Below are positions 52,262 to 64,000 of a stretch of 64,000 bases of DNA, piece after piece. The notes beneath the pieces are model-generated. The model did no database searches, was not told the origin of the DNA, and worked only from the letters and a program-made list of their open reading frames with translations. Each line of letters begins with the position of its first letter. Positions within the stretch are counted from its first letter, which is position 1. A program made the translations under genes and the position numbers. Origin of the DNA: Octopus sinensis (taxonomy: Eukaryota); assembly GCF_006345805.1 (NCBI RefSeq), contig NC_042998.1, forward strand, positions 74,214,001 to 74,278,000. Reading direction: 5' to 3'.

Positions 52262-53243
52262 GCAAGAAATGGAAAGCAAAAAAGATCTTTGAAATACTAC
52301 ATAATGTGCTCAAGTTTTTCACTTGCCCCCTACTTCTTAGCCTATTCAGCCGAGTAAACACACAGTGAAATCACTAAAAGCTCTCTCTAACCGACACCAT
52401 GTACTATTACTAAAACATTATCTCTGTCTCCCCTCTCTCTTTCTATCTCTTCCTTTTTTCTCCTTCTCTCTCTCTCACACACACACACACATTGTCTCTG
52501 TCTCTCTTTATCTCCCAGCCACTACGCACCATCAGAAAATCCAGCCTGTTTCTATAGCATCAAACAACCAGGTATGTCCTCCACCACTTCCACCACTTCC
52601 ACCACTTCCAACACAACCACCACCACAACCACCGCATCAATCCTCTCTGCCTACACGAAACGATGCAAATCACACACCTGCTAACGACATTTACATTAGG
52701 ACCACAACTCCACCGATCACACATTAGCTTTCATCAGTACAGTTGGGCATTATCTGCACATTAACTCAACATTAGTTGCATATTAAGTGCACATTAGCTG
52801 CACACTGCAACAATATGTTTCATACATGTATCACAGACACATTAATCGATCTGTGAACCATCCATGTCTCAGGAGCGATTGATTTATCGTTTTCACTACT
52901 TTCTTCCAATTCTACAGTTTAACTTTTCTTTAACTACATACTTTGCTGTTCTCCTCCAACACTGTCTCTGTCTCTCTCTCTTTCTCTCTCCCTCTCTTTC
53001 TATCTCTCTATCTATCTACCTGTCTCATTTAACATTCTACCTATCCAACAACCTATCTATTTACCTACTTACCTACCTGTCATCTAACTGTCTATTTATC
53101 TATTTTCTCATACATTTATTACATATCTGCCTGTGTCAAACCCTGTATCTACTTAACCACCTACCTACATGCTTACCTATTTACACACACATACATATAT
53201 ACATACATAAATATATACATATATATATATGCATATATATATG

Positions 53244-53290
<47 letters not shown>
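50996..53290. repeat. Near-identical tandem duplication with a period of about 1179 bp
   Basis: Copy 1 starts at 50996 and copy 2 at 52175 (CACACGCAAGAAATGGAAAGCAATG). The identical ORFs at 51685 and 52864 confirm the period. The junction lies in a (TA)n tract. Confidence 0.95.
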
Positions 53291-53298
<8 letters not shown>

Positions 53299-53532
53299 CA
53301 CGATTGTTTGATGATCGGCATTGGGAAACTCTGAGTAACAGGGGGGGGGGGTTGCTTTTTCTTTTGGTTTGTTTTGTTTTTTCAGCTTCAATAAATTGCG
53401 ATTTTACTTTCTGTTCGGTATTCGAGTGTTATTTTGTACATCTTGTTTTGTACCAATGCGGTCGCACGTGTACATGTGTGTGCCTAAATATATACATATA
53501 CATATATATACACCTATATACATACATTTATA

Positions 53533-53582
<50 letters not shown>

Positions 53583-53659
53583 TGTATATATATATATATA
53601 TATGTATCTATATATATGCATGTATATGTAGACATACAAACATACATCGTATATATATA

Positions 53660-53706
<47 letters not shown>

Positions 53707-54739
53707 CGTATGTATGTGTATATCGATTGATCGATCTGTTTAATGTCTGCCTTTCTATAAAGCTATCTATATATTCATGTCTATGCATTTCTTTCTCTTC
53801 TTCTTCCACTATCTTCTTCCTTCTTCCAGCCTTCCCCTCCACCTCATGCTATCCCCCTACCATCCCTCCCCCCTGCTGTCTCTCAAAATAGGTAAATAGA
53901 GGAATATCACTTTCCACCCTCTGAAACATATACGCACATTCACTCAGACAAAAGCGTGCGCACACACACACAAGCACGCAGAGGCACACTCATACAAGTT
54001 CTATATTCTATTCCTCGTCGTATATTTACTCATGTAATAGTGTGTATGTATGAGTATGTGTGTATATGTGTGTGTGTGTCAGTGAGTTTTAGTCTATGCA
54101 TGAGTAAGTGTATAAGAATATGTCTGTCTGCGTGCCTGAACATATGAATATGTATGAATGTGAACTGGAGTGCATGCTGGTTTTTGAAATTTTTCTCTAA
54201 AAATACTGATTTATTTCTGTTTTACATAGGTTCTACTCAGTCTATGTTGAAAATTTTCCGTGTTGTCTGGTAGTTGGTGCTTCAAACAAAATACCTTGCA
54301 ATATTTTGTTAGGGTAGGGTGGTGAGCTGGTAGAATCGTTTGTACGCCGGACAAAATGCTTAGCGGCATTTCGTCCGACTTTACGTCCTGAGTCCAAATT
54401 CCGCCGAGGTCGATTTCGCCTATCATTCTTTTGAGGTTGATAAATTGAGTACCAGTCTCATACTGGGTTGAATATAATCGATTTAACCCTCTGCTGAACT
54501 TGCTGGCCTTGTGCTAAAATGCGAAACCAATATTTTGTTAGGACTTTATATTCTAAGTTCAAAATATGCCGAGTTCATTTGATTAAACTGACCTCAGTGC
54601 TCGGCTGGTACTTTATGGACACCAGAAAGAGAAAAGACTTCAACGAAATACTTCTACAAATCGGGCACTGGTATTGGTTCACGTTCCACTCTAGCCGTGT
54701 GTATACGGTTAGCGGTGGGGAAGAGCGACAAAGTTCACG

Positions 54740-55265
54740 AGGGAGCTCTGACCATTGACGAAGACGACCAGGTTTCGGAAGACTTTCTCATCGAGAAATT
54801 CTATGGGCAACTTCCAAAAGTCCTTGTCCTCACAGTGCTGCCAGAGAGCGCTAGTGATTCGGCATAAACTCTACAGGCACGGAAGTACAATCAGACGGAC
54901 CTTCACAGTCCCCCACCAGAAAGGAAATGCAGCCGGTGGTACGTCAACCTCTGAGTGGTAGAGACGATTGGTGGTGGATACCAGGAATGTCGTTTTATGA
55001 GACTCTGAACATCGATGAAGATCGACTGAGCAGCTTACTCTGCAGGACTTCCAGCTGGGCCGCTATAGATAATATCTGAAAATAAGTAACTTGTAGTGCA
55101 ATAGGATAGTGGGGTGGGATTGGAGATTGTCGGCTCGAGATAAATTCAAAGTACGCAAGTACCGTCAGCCGGGTCTGCCAGACGTGCCAAGTTATGAAAC
55201 CGTTTTGCACATACTCGTTCAGTGTTTGCGCGTGGCTGATTTGTGGAGGTATGGCGAATAGATGC
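54740..55265 (+). mobile_element. L1/Tx1-clade LINE ORF2 C-terminal remnant
   Basis: QCCQRALVIRHKLYRHG and a frameshifted zinc knuckle VCQTC..ETVLHILVQC..VADLW (CxxC-H-C) from 55173. Confidence 0.6.
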
Positions 55266-55772
55266 TAACAGCAATTGCTAAGTTTGACGAGTAAATTGAT
55301 ATAACAAAAGAGATATATTAATAACCAACCGCTGTGATGACATTGTATCCCATGGGCTTTATAGAACAGGCCAAATGTACAACATATTTCCCCCGTCATA
55401 AATACATTTATACCTTTTTTTTAAAAGTAGTAACATGTAAATGTTATAAACATCAGGTAATCTTCATTTGTGAAATGCACGATGTAAATACTTCAGATTC
55501 ACGCGTTGGTTCGCTATGAGTATTTAGTTACCCACTGAAAACGAAACTGTCTTGGTTACGAAAACTGCTAGATACAGTAAAGAGACCATTTGTACAAATT
55601 TAACTCGTGTTTAAAATCTGCACCACCCACCAGCATGGAATGACTTTGAACTTGATACAACGTCTGAATTGAAAATTGCAGCGTGTGTAAATGTATATGC
55701 GTATGTGTGTATGGGTGGTGAAAGATACAGAAAGAGAGAGAAAAAAAAACAGTAAGAAAGAAAAAGAGAGAG

Positions 55773-55853
<81 letters not shown>

Positions 55854-56374
55854 GCAAGATAAGGTAAGTTAAATGTCAAACTCTCCTCCACCTGCTGTCT
55901 CACTTAACTTAATGGCTGCACTAATTACCATCTCAGACACTCATCTCCTTGAAAGAGAAAGCAGTTTAATTTATTGCTGAGATAAACCAGAAGCATTTAC
56001 CATACAACCAACCTCTGTTTTACCACTTCCATATCGTTATCACTTCTATTTGTCACAAATATATAAAACAATAAAAGAAACTCCACATCTATTTTTCTCC
56101 TCTTTCTCATTAAACTACTGATTGCTTACAATTTACTAACCTTCCAATGTATATTTTAGAGAGTTTAGAGAAGAGTATATATATTTTTACGACCGTCTTA
56201 CTAAATAGGTCTTTCCACCTGAAACTTGCTTTTTTTCCTCGTTTTCTTTCTTTAAAATAGTAACATACATCAACAAATTTATATACTAACAGACATATCA
56301 CTCTCTGGGAAGTTTCTGCTTCCCAGAGTGTGTGCGTGTGTGTGTGTGGACAAACGAAAGAAAAGGGTACTTAA

Positions 56375-56715
56375 CATATTTGGTAGAAAGTACAAATATT
56401 GATTTCAAGTTTTTGCTCAACTGGTACTTATTTTATCAACCTCAAGTTATGCTTCCGAGTCATACCGACTTATAAGAGCCAGTTTCCCGGTTTCGTAGCG
56501 GTCCGTTGCTAAATTTCTCATTTTTGCCAGCTGAGTGGACTGGAGCAACGTGAAATGAAGTGTTTTGCTCAAGAACACAACGCATCACCCAGTCCAGGAA
56601 TCGAAATCACAATCGTACGATCATGCGTCCAGCACCCTAACCACCAAGCCACGCTCCTCCATTTTATCGACCCCGAAAAGATGAAAAGCAAAGACGGTCT
56701 CGATGGAATTTGAGA
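56375..56715 (-). mobile_element. Reverse SINE family A copy split by a nested reverse SINE family C copy (about 56470-56661)
   Basis: TTTTATC(A/G)ACC occurs on both sides of the insertion, and the family A sequence resumes at 56662. Confidence 0.7.
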
Positions 56716-57869
56716 AGTTACATACATTGTCAGTTAAAACAGCTTGATTCGGCTCTATACGACTTCATGTTTCGCAGGCTTTTAACAGAATCCCGGCTCG
56801 TTCAGGCTCAGATTATCGTTTGGAGGAATCACAGTGGTATTTGCGTAAGAGAGGATACTTAGGGGATTATGATAGGAGGTGGAAGGAAGGACTGGAGATG
56901 ATCAATACGTACTGAACATCATTCGCTCTCTGAGGAGCACAAGGCGGCCACTACCTGCTTCCACCTGAACCGTATTTGTTGCAATTTTTATGGCAAGCTG
57001 ATATTTTACGGGATGCAGTAAATAGCTAGCTAAACGCTAATCTGGAGAGCAAGTGGCTGCTTTTCGTCTCGCCTCTTCACTGAACCTTGACAAGCTTGTT
57101 GCACCTAGTTTGTGCATAGTTCACTTCGCCACTAGGATCCCCCTTTATCATACTTTCTTCCTGTCATCAAACTCTATGGCTAGAAAACTATAACTATATA
57201 TAAATGTGTTGATCTCGTTAATGTCCAAGTCACAAGTTAACTGAAGATCATGTGTATTTGCAGGTGAAACTCAGAGTAGTAAGAGACTGACATGACCAAA
57301 TTGAAATAGCATTAATATCTACCATGGTGCTGAGTACTCTTTTTTGCGACAATTGACATACATACATACATACATACATACATACATACATACATACATA
57401 CATACATACATACATACATACACATACATAAATGATGTAGAGGCTCGAGATCAGTGCAAACAGCCTTCGAATGTCGTATAGCACTTGTTAAACAACAGCA
57501 GCAAAAATGAATACACTAACTTAGGGATGAAAAGTGAAGAGAATAATAGCTGTCATGTCAGCAGCGAGCTCATCGGGAAGCACTCTCTTCCTGATGAACG
57601 TTCCACACAATCCCAAAACAGCCAGAGTAACACACCTCAAAGAGAACCTGGATGTGAAACGCTCAGCACACCACCAAAAAAAAAAAAAAGAATATGCATG
57701 GGTACGTTTCCCGAATACTTGGAGACAGTAATATTGACATGATTCGTAACCGCTACATCACATTACACTTCAAAGGCTATGCATTTGCAATCGAAAAACA
57801 AGAGATTGCTACTAAATACCTAATAAACAAAAGAAACAGTTAACTTATTAGAGTTCCAAGATACAATCG

Positions 57870-58295
57870 AAAGTGTAGATTATGTCATATTTCTGTGCGA
57901 AACATATATGTGATTAACAGCTGCCCAAAGATGTCTTCCCTATGCGACATAACGTTGTCGCAGAAATAATATTCAATGTCATTCGGAAAAAAAGACTGCC
58001 CTGATATATATATAGAGAGAATCTCCCAGTTATTGAATATGTGCACAAAGATCAACACAAGGAATACCAGTGGAACATTCCTGTCAAAACATCTGCCAAG
58101 TGTAAACGTAAAAAGCCGGGTATTGATATTTGGAATAGACAACAAAAGTGTGTACCATCATAGAGGTCAGCGGTCCTGCTGACGTGAATATCTCTGAAAG
58201 TCAAAGAGAAAGAGGGTAAATATCGACAACTGATTCGAAACTTCCAGCTTCTATACCCAGATTACAAGTTTACGTTTATACGAACAATAATTAGA
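57870..58295 (+). mobile_element. RLE-type (R2/R4/NeSL-like) non-LTR retrotransposon remnant
   Basis: KCRLCHISVRNIYVINSCP (zinc knuckle), RHNVVAE, EYQWNIPVKTSAKCKRKKPGIDIWNR and IEVSGPADVNI, corresponding to the RHN/KPD/IEV motifs of restriction-like endonucleases. Frameshifted. Confidence 0.75.
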
Positions 58296-59611
58296 GTACA
58301 GTTCTATATTTAAGAGATGAGGAATTATGTACATTATTTACATTGTTTACATTCGGCGGATATTTGTCCAGCGACAAGGGAAACGCTATAGTGGTGATGA
58401 ACAAGTCTGACTACTCTGAAAAATTGGCAAGTCTTATAAGTGATGGTAGCTACAGCAAAGAAAAGAAAGACCCAACTCTGAAAACAGAAAGGAAGTTGTC
58501 ACAGATCTTGATCAAGAACAAGGATCACTTTACACCAATGAAGTACAGACAACTGACTCAACACCACAGTAAACTACCAAACATATACGGCCTCCCTAAG
58601 ATTCACAAGGATGGTATTCCATTAAGACATATAGTGAGCTGTAGAGGTTCAGCATATCATCCACTGAGCTGCTTTCTTGTGGATATTATCAGTCCATTGG
58701 CAGGGAAGTCAACATTGTACGTGAAGAATTCCACCCACTTCCCACAATTGATTCCAACAAAATGGTGAGTGTAGATGTGATAAGTTTGTTCACCAAAGTC
58801 CCAACTGGTGAAGCACTATTGGTGAAACAAGAAAAACTAGTGACAGACACCCATCTAAAAGAACACACTAGTTTGCCAATAAGAAACTTGATGGAAATGT
58901 TGACCTTCTGTGTAAAAACTACCTACTTCAGTATGGACACTGATATATATCGACAAGAGGAGGGTTTTATCTATGGGTTCACCATTATCACCGGTAATAT
59001 CCAATATATACATGGAATAATTTGAGAATTTGGCTTTAGGATCAACACCACGATCTGTTTAAGCAACAACTACCCCAAAATTATGAAGAAGAGAGAGAAT
59101 GAGGCCAATAAACTGTCCATAGTCTGTCTACTCTATGTGGAAGGCCTCTCCGAAAAAATATAAAGCATATGCGGCCCATATGACATCAGGACAGTATTCA
59201 AGAGTAATACAACACTTCGCAAATATCTCTTTCGAGTAAAACCACCAATAGAAGAGAATATAACCAAAGACTGCGTGTACTCCATCCCATGCAGCTGTGG
59301 TAAGTTATACAAAGGCGAAACATGTCGCCCCCTCAAAATAAGGGTAGAGGAACATCGCAAAACTGTGAAACAAGGAGATATTGATAAATCGGGTATTGCT
59401 GATCATGTATGGAAAAATGGAGACCACCTCCCCCTGTGGGATGAAGTTAAAATAATAGACAGAGAACACCACTGGAAAATAAGAAAACTAAAAGAAGCAG
59501 CACATATGCTAGGACGAAACAACCTCCGAGCAGCATATGGGAACCGGTATTAAAGAAGGATAGAAAAATATTAGATTTATAAGCCTTAAAATTTACTCCA
59601 TAATTGCCCAT

Positions 59612-59675
59612 GGGCAAATGGCGTAGTGGTTAAGAGCGCGGGCTACTAACCCCAAGATTCTGAGTCCGATTTCTG
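59612..59675 (+). ncRNA. tRNA-like module inside the PLE 3' region (second copy)
   Basis: GGGCAAATGGCGTAGTGGTTAAGAGCGCGGGCTACTAACCCCAAGATTCTGAGTCCGATTTCTG, with the B-box mutated to GTCCGA. It is preceded by the overlapping palindrome TTGCCCATGGGCAA (59604-59617). Confidence 0.6.
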
Positions 59676-59869
59676 AACAACAATAATAACAACAACAATA
59701 ATAACAACAACAATAATAACAACAACAATAATAACAACAACAACAACAACATCTGTTGAAGAAGGCTGGAGTGGATAATATACTTTTGGGGTAGTTGTTG
59801 CTTAACAGATCGTTATTGAGTGTTATCATTTCTTCGTGGTGTGTATCACGATCGCTACTTATATTCATC

Positions 59870-59910
59870 CTGAAGAAGGCTGGAGGGTATATCAGCCGAA
59901 ATGTTGTGTT
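59870..59910 (+). ncRNA. Hammerhead (H1) with intact core but stem I broken by a rearrangement
   Basis: CUGAAGA-A-GGCUG..CAGCC-GAAA-UGUU/GUGUU; the upstream stem I strand is replaced by an inverted RT fragment. Confidence 0.55.
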
Positions 59911-61329
59911 AACAAGCAAGTTGAGGACAAATATCCTTCGAATATAAATAATTGGAGTATTTGTTTTCTGAATAAATGCCTAACAGTCTGGATGAGCTTG
60001 GATTTTCAGAAAAAAAAATCAACCAACTGACACGTACATAACATATACAATCTGTAAGTGAAACAGTAAAAATATGCAAGACTTTTCTCAAGTTTAATAT
60101 GCATCATTGTTCTCGTTATCGTCATTCCGACGATGGTGTTTTATATCTTTTCTTACAAACAAGCTCCTTTCTCGGAGGAAGAATTTAAATACTAATAATG
60201 ATTATAATAATAATCCAAAGGAGAAGAAAAAACACACACACACACGTATGTATGTATTATGTTATGAAGAATCGAAGTAGTTATTTTATAATTATAACTC
60301 TTCGAATGATGAGTGAGTGAAGCATGCCACCTCAATAACATTGAAGTCGACCAGTTAAAGCAGAGCACGGGGCGGACTTATATCATTAAATTATGCACTG
60401 TAAGCAACAGCATACTACTGTGCCTAGAGTTCCCATGCCTTAAAATGATACTGACTGTCACAAAACAAACAAACAACGTAGAATTCGTGTTAAAGATCTA
60501 GGATAAAAGCTCTATGTATATAAATATATATTTAACACGAAGGCGAGTGCGTGTTGTTTTAATTTATATTCCATTGAAGCATATCTGTCTTGAAGTGTTC
60601 CATGAAATTGCTAAATACAATTTCAAAGCCCTGACACTCATCTAGAAATGAAACGGAATTGACGACAGGGGCTATTCCGCACGAAGCACTTGTGAGAAAA
60701 GCTCTTGTTAATATCGGAAACATGCAGTGTTTCAACAAGTTGTTCTCTTCTCTCATTACTCGGACTTCTAAGAGTAGGATAGGTCAGATAGCTTCATGTT
60801 ATGTAACGTGAACATAACTAGCAGTTTTCGTGTGACCTTCAACCAAATCAGAAGAGAGAACAAAACAGACGCTTAGGGACCGGCTTGAAAATATTATCCC
60901 TTTGCAGACTAATTTGAGGCCTCTAAATTGCTCAATTTGTTTAATAAGTTTATAAATTATATTACAAATAAACAATTGAGTGGAATATAACGTTTGTGCA
61001 CAGAGTCGTATTAGTCGTGAACAAACATCTTAATTCATAAAACAAAATACAAAATACACAAATGTATATGTATATTTGTACGTATTTATAAAGTGTGTTT
61101 AGTTTTTTGTGAGAAAGAAGACAAGGCCAATTTTTCTGGTAGTGGGTGGCTCGGAGCTTTTCTCCGATAAAACATCCTGCTCAAAGCATCAGATCTTTAT
61201 TTTTTTCTCACAGCAAACTGAACTGGTTGAACTTATTCCACTTTGTGAACTTTACGTAAATATGATGTAATTACACACATACACACGCCCAAGCGCACAC
61301 AGGCGCATACAGATGCACACGCATACACA

Positions 61330-61419
<90 letters not shown>

Positions 61420-62269
61420 CACATAATGGTATAATAATTGCATAACATAACACACTGAATCGTTTAGCATCAAATTTACGTAAGTTTGATTGGTTAACTG
61501 CATAAGAATTTTATATTATTTTTTTTCAATTTTCATTTTTGAACAAACAAAAAAACTGGCGAAATGTGACGCAGAACTAAACATTGATTTGATTTGATAT
61601 GAATAAAGAGAAACTGGAAGCTTCAGTTTCCATGCTGAGTTAAATGACAGTAGACAATATTATATGTTTGTTTACAAACAGTCAATGCCAAACCAGTCAA
61701 ATACATTCACGTTATTGTCGCCATTTCAATGAATTAAAGACTATTAAAGTTCAGATTCGGGCATAATTTTATCTTGTTTTTAATTTTATAATAAACTTTT
61801 TTCAGTATGTAGGTAAAAATTTGTAAACAACGTTGAATCAAGCAGAGAATGGATGCCATTTTGTTGTTTTCTTCATGGACTATATTAACATTTAAATATT
61901 TATCCGCACGATCCTAGTTCTTTTTATTACGCCATTTGGATGGTGTGAAAGCCATTGCTAGTACGTATAAAATTCACTAACCTTAAGTAATTGAAGAATA
62001 TCAAATATGATAGAAAGAAAAAAAAAACATAGCTCTATGTCAACGACGATACCATTAAATAAAAAAGAAAGGATAACTTAGGTACGGTGGAACATAAAGA
62101 GCGCGTTTACGAAACACTGTAAATTTTAAAATAATTACATCTCAAGTCTTCTTTCATCATACATATGTGTGCGTATGTATATATATGTGTGTGTGTGTGT
62201 GTATGTGTATGTGTGTGCATGGGTGCATGTGTGTGCTTGCGTGTATGTGTATATGTATGTGTATATGTA

Positions 62270-62497
62270 GGCGGCGAGCTGGCAGAAACGTTAGTACGCC
62301 GGGTGAAATGCTTAGCAGTATTTCGTCTGCCGTTACGTTCTGAGTTCAAATTCCGCCGAGGTCGACTTTGCCTTTCATCCTTTCGGGGTCGATTAAAATA
62401 AGTACCAGTTACGCACTGGGGTCGATATAATCGACTTAACCCGTTTGTCTGTCCTTGTTTGTCCTCTCTGCGTTTAGCCCCTTGTGGGTAGTAAAGA
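62270..62497 (+). mobile_element. SINE family A, best-preserved full copy
   Basis: GGCGGCGAGCTGGCAGAAACGTTAG..GAGTTCAAATTCC (B-box)..GTCGACTTTGCCTTTCATCCTTTCGGGGTCGATTAAAATAAGTACCAG..TAGTAAAGAAA. Confidence 0.9.
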
Positions 62498-62498
62498 A

Positions 62499-62535
<37 letters not shown>

Positions 62536-62732
62536 TACAACCTGAACATTGCATGAATGCACCAGACGTGTAATAAAATGGTGTCTGTGTCGTTTTCATT
62601 GCATGAAATTATTAGTTGCTTATAAAAATATATACTGTATTGATTAAAAAATATTTATCTCTCCCAGATAGAGTGCTTTTTTTGAGCTTACCGTCACAGA
62701 ACAGTATACCAAAGCATGTATGTATGTATGTC

Positions 62733-62772
<40 letters not shown>

Positions 62773-62812
62773 TACATACATACATACATACATACATACA
62801 TACATACATACA

Positions 62813-62843
<31 letters not shown>

Positions 62844-63479
62844 GTATGTATGTATGGATGGATGTGTAACATAGTTACAATACGTTACTACAAATAACTT
62901 TTTATCGCCTACTCTGCGAATTCGGTCAATTGCACACTCCAGTTCAAAGAAAAGGAGGATCAAAGCTCTTTCCCGCGGCATAGATTCATGAACCCAGTTT
63001 TTCCCGTATTCTGTGGCGTATGTATTCCCCACTGGACTAGACGCGACATTTCTTTCCTACGAGAGTTCCGGACCCCAGTTATGAATGCATTTGCATACAA
63101 CCAATCAGCGCTCAACTATCAAACTAATTTATGAGCACATAACAAGTGATGGGCGATGAAGTAATGTCACTTGGGTAAGGAATGACCATGCTTCTTTTCT
63201 CTTTTAAGGATACTTGTCTTGTTTCAACCGTGGCTGCCTCTGCGTAGTTATTTGTGTTGTTTACTGAGTAAAACAGTAAGAGGAGAGGTTTGCTAGCACT
63301 TCACCCTCTACCCACATTTTTCCCATCCACATCTTTAGTATATGGGGCCCTAACAAGATCCGATGATAGGTATAATTGCAAAGCTATCTAATTACTGCTC
63401 TCCTTCTAAAATCAGGCATAACTTGGCGATCTGTTGTAGAGCGTGTTTGCTGACAAGGTCAGGGTGAGCTTTGATTGAA

Positions 63480-63605
63480 TGGACTGAAAAAAACGTGAAA
63501 TAAAGTGTTTTGCTTAGGAATACAGCACATCGCCTGGCCCAAGAATCGAAACCACAATCTTACGATCATATGTACAACTCAACCACTAGATCAACCGCCT
63601 CCGCG
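63480..63605 (-). mobile_element. SINE family C head, reverse
   Basis: Homologous to 45175-45313. Confidence 0.7.
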
Positions 63606-63652
63606 CATATTCCAGCTCCGAAACTGTACATGTGTGTATACATCTATGTATA

Positions 63653-63693
<41 letters not shown>

Positions 63694-63728
63694 TATATAT
63701 TATATATATAATATATTATATATATATA

Positions 63729-63768
<40 letters not shown>

Positions 63769-64000
63769 TAAATTAGAGATAAATCAAACAATGAAAAACA
63801 TAAGCCAATACATAAAATTAATTAATCTCTAATTTAATATAATATAATATTTTACTATAAAATTGGATTTAATCCTAAATCTGATTTTTCCCTGTAAGTT
63901 TGGATTTATTCCCTAATATTTTATTAAATATATATATAATATATATATATATTATATATATATATACACTAAACACACACACAATAGAACTACGTTGTAC

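Larger units (their letters stand above)
58300..59955 (+). mobile_element. Penelope-like element (RT plus C-terminal GIY-YIG; Penelope/Poseidon-type architecture), decayed and rearranged
   Basis: Inverted pLTR stub 58300-58369, then RT DKGNAIVVMNKSDY..PNIYGLPKIHKDGIPLRHIVS..MVSVDVISLFTKVP, then GIY-YIG VYSIPCSCGKLYKGETCRPLKIRVEEH (59275-59553), tRNA-like module, (AAC/AAT)n, and HHR pLTR. Confidence 0.93.

Noticed and set aside
59612-59675. Functional tRNA-Ser(ACT) gene
   Set aside because: No 3' acceptor strand, a short variable loop, and a fixed position inside a PLE. Treated as a tRNA-like module instead.
60313-60756. ORFs containing QSTGRTYIIKL (+) and FLDECQGFEIVF (-) as possible exons
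   Set aside because: No convincing paired splice sites and no protein family I can name.

Overview
AT-rich animal genomic DNA saturated with microsatellites ((TA)n, (TG)n, (TACA)n, (GATA)n). It is most likely from a coleoid cephalopod such as Octopus; this is inferred from the SINE families and composition, not proven. Nearly all ORFs in the supplied track are microsatellite artefacts. The only clear intact protein gene is an intron-free, strongly diverged beta-tubulin (13878-15167, +). It ends at residue 429 with no acidic C-terminal tail and has several substitutions around the GTP pocket. One well-bounded minus-strand exon (36729-36824) hints at a large host gene, so the tubulin may be nested antisense in an intron. 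The rest is a mobile-element mosaic: three tRNA-derived SINE families, mariner and maT-like transposons, RTE, L1/Tx1, APE-type and RLE-type LINE remnants, and Penelope-like elements (PLEs). The main unexplained structure is a set of type I hammerhead ribozyme (HHR) motifs from several unrelated families, found by manual folding. Almost all have a palindromic helix III, and several keep intact catalytic cores. Three long palindromes are each an inverted pair of HHR-bearing repeats with the same polarity. Two PLE copies carry a tRNA-like Pol III module between the GIY-YIG ORF and the HHR repeat. A full-length 5S rRNA copy is fused to a SINE/LINE-type 3' tail whose stem-loop shows compensatory changes (candidate SINE3). 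All alignments and folds were done by eye; no database was searched.
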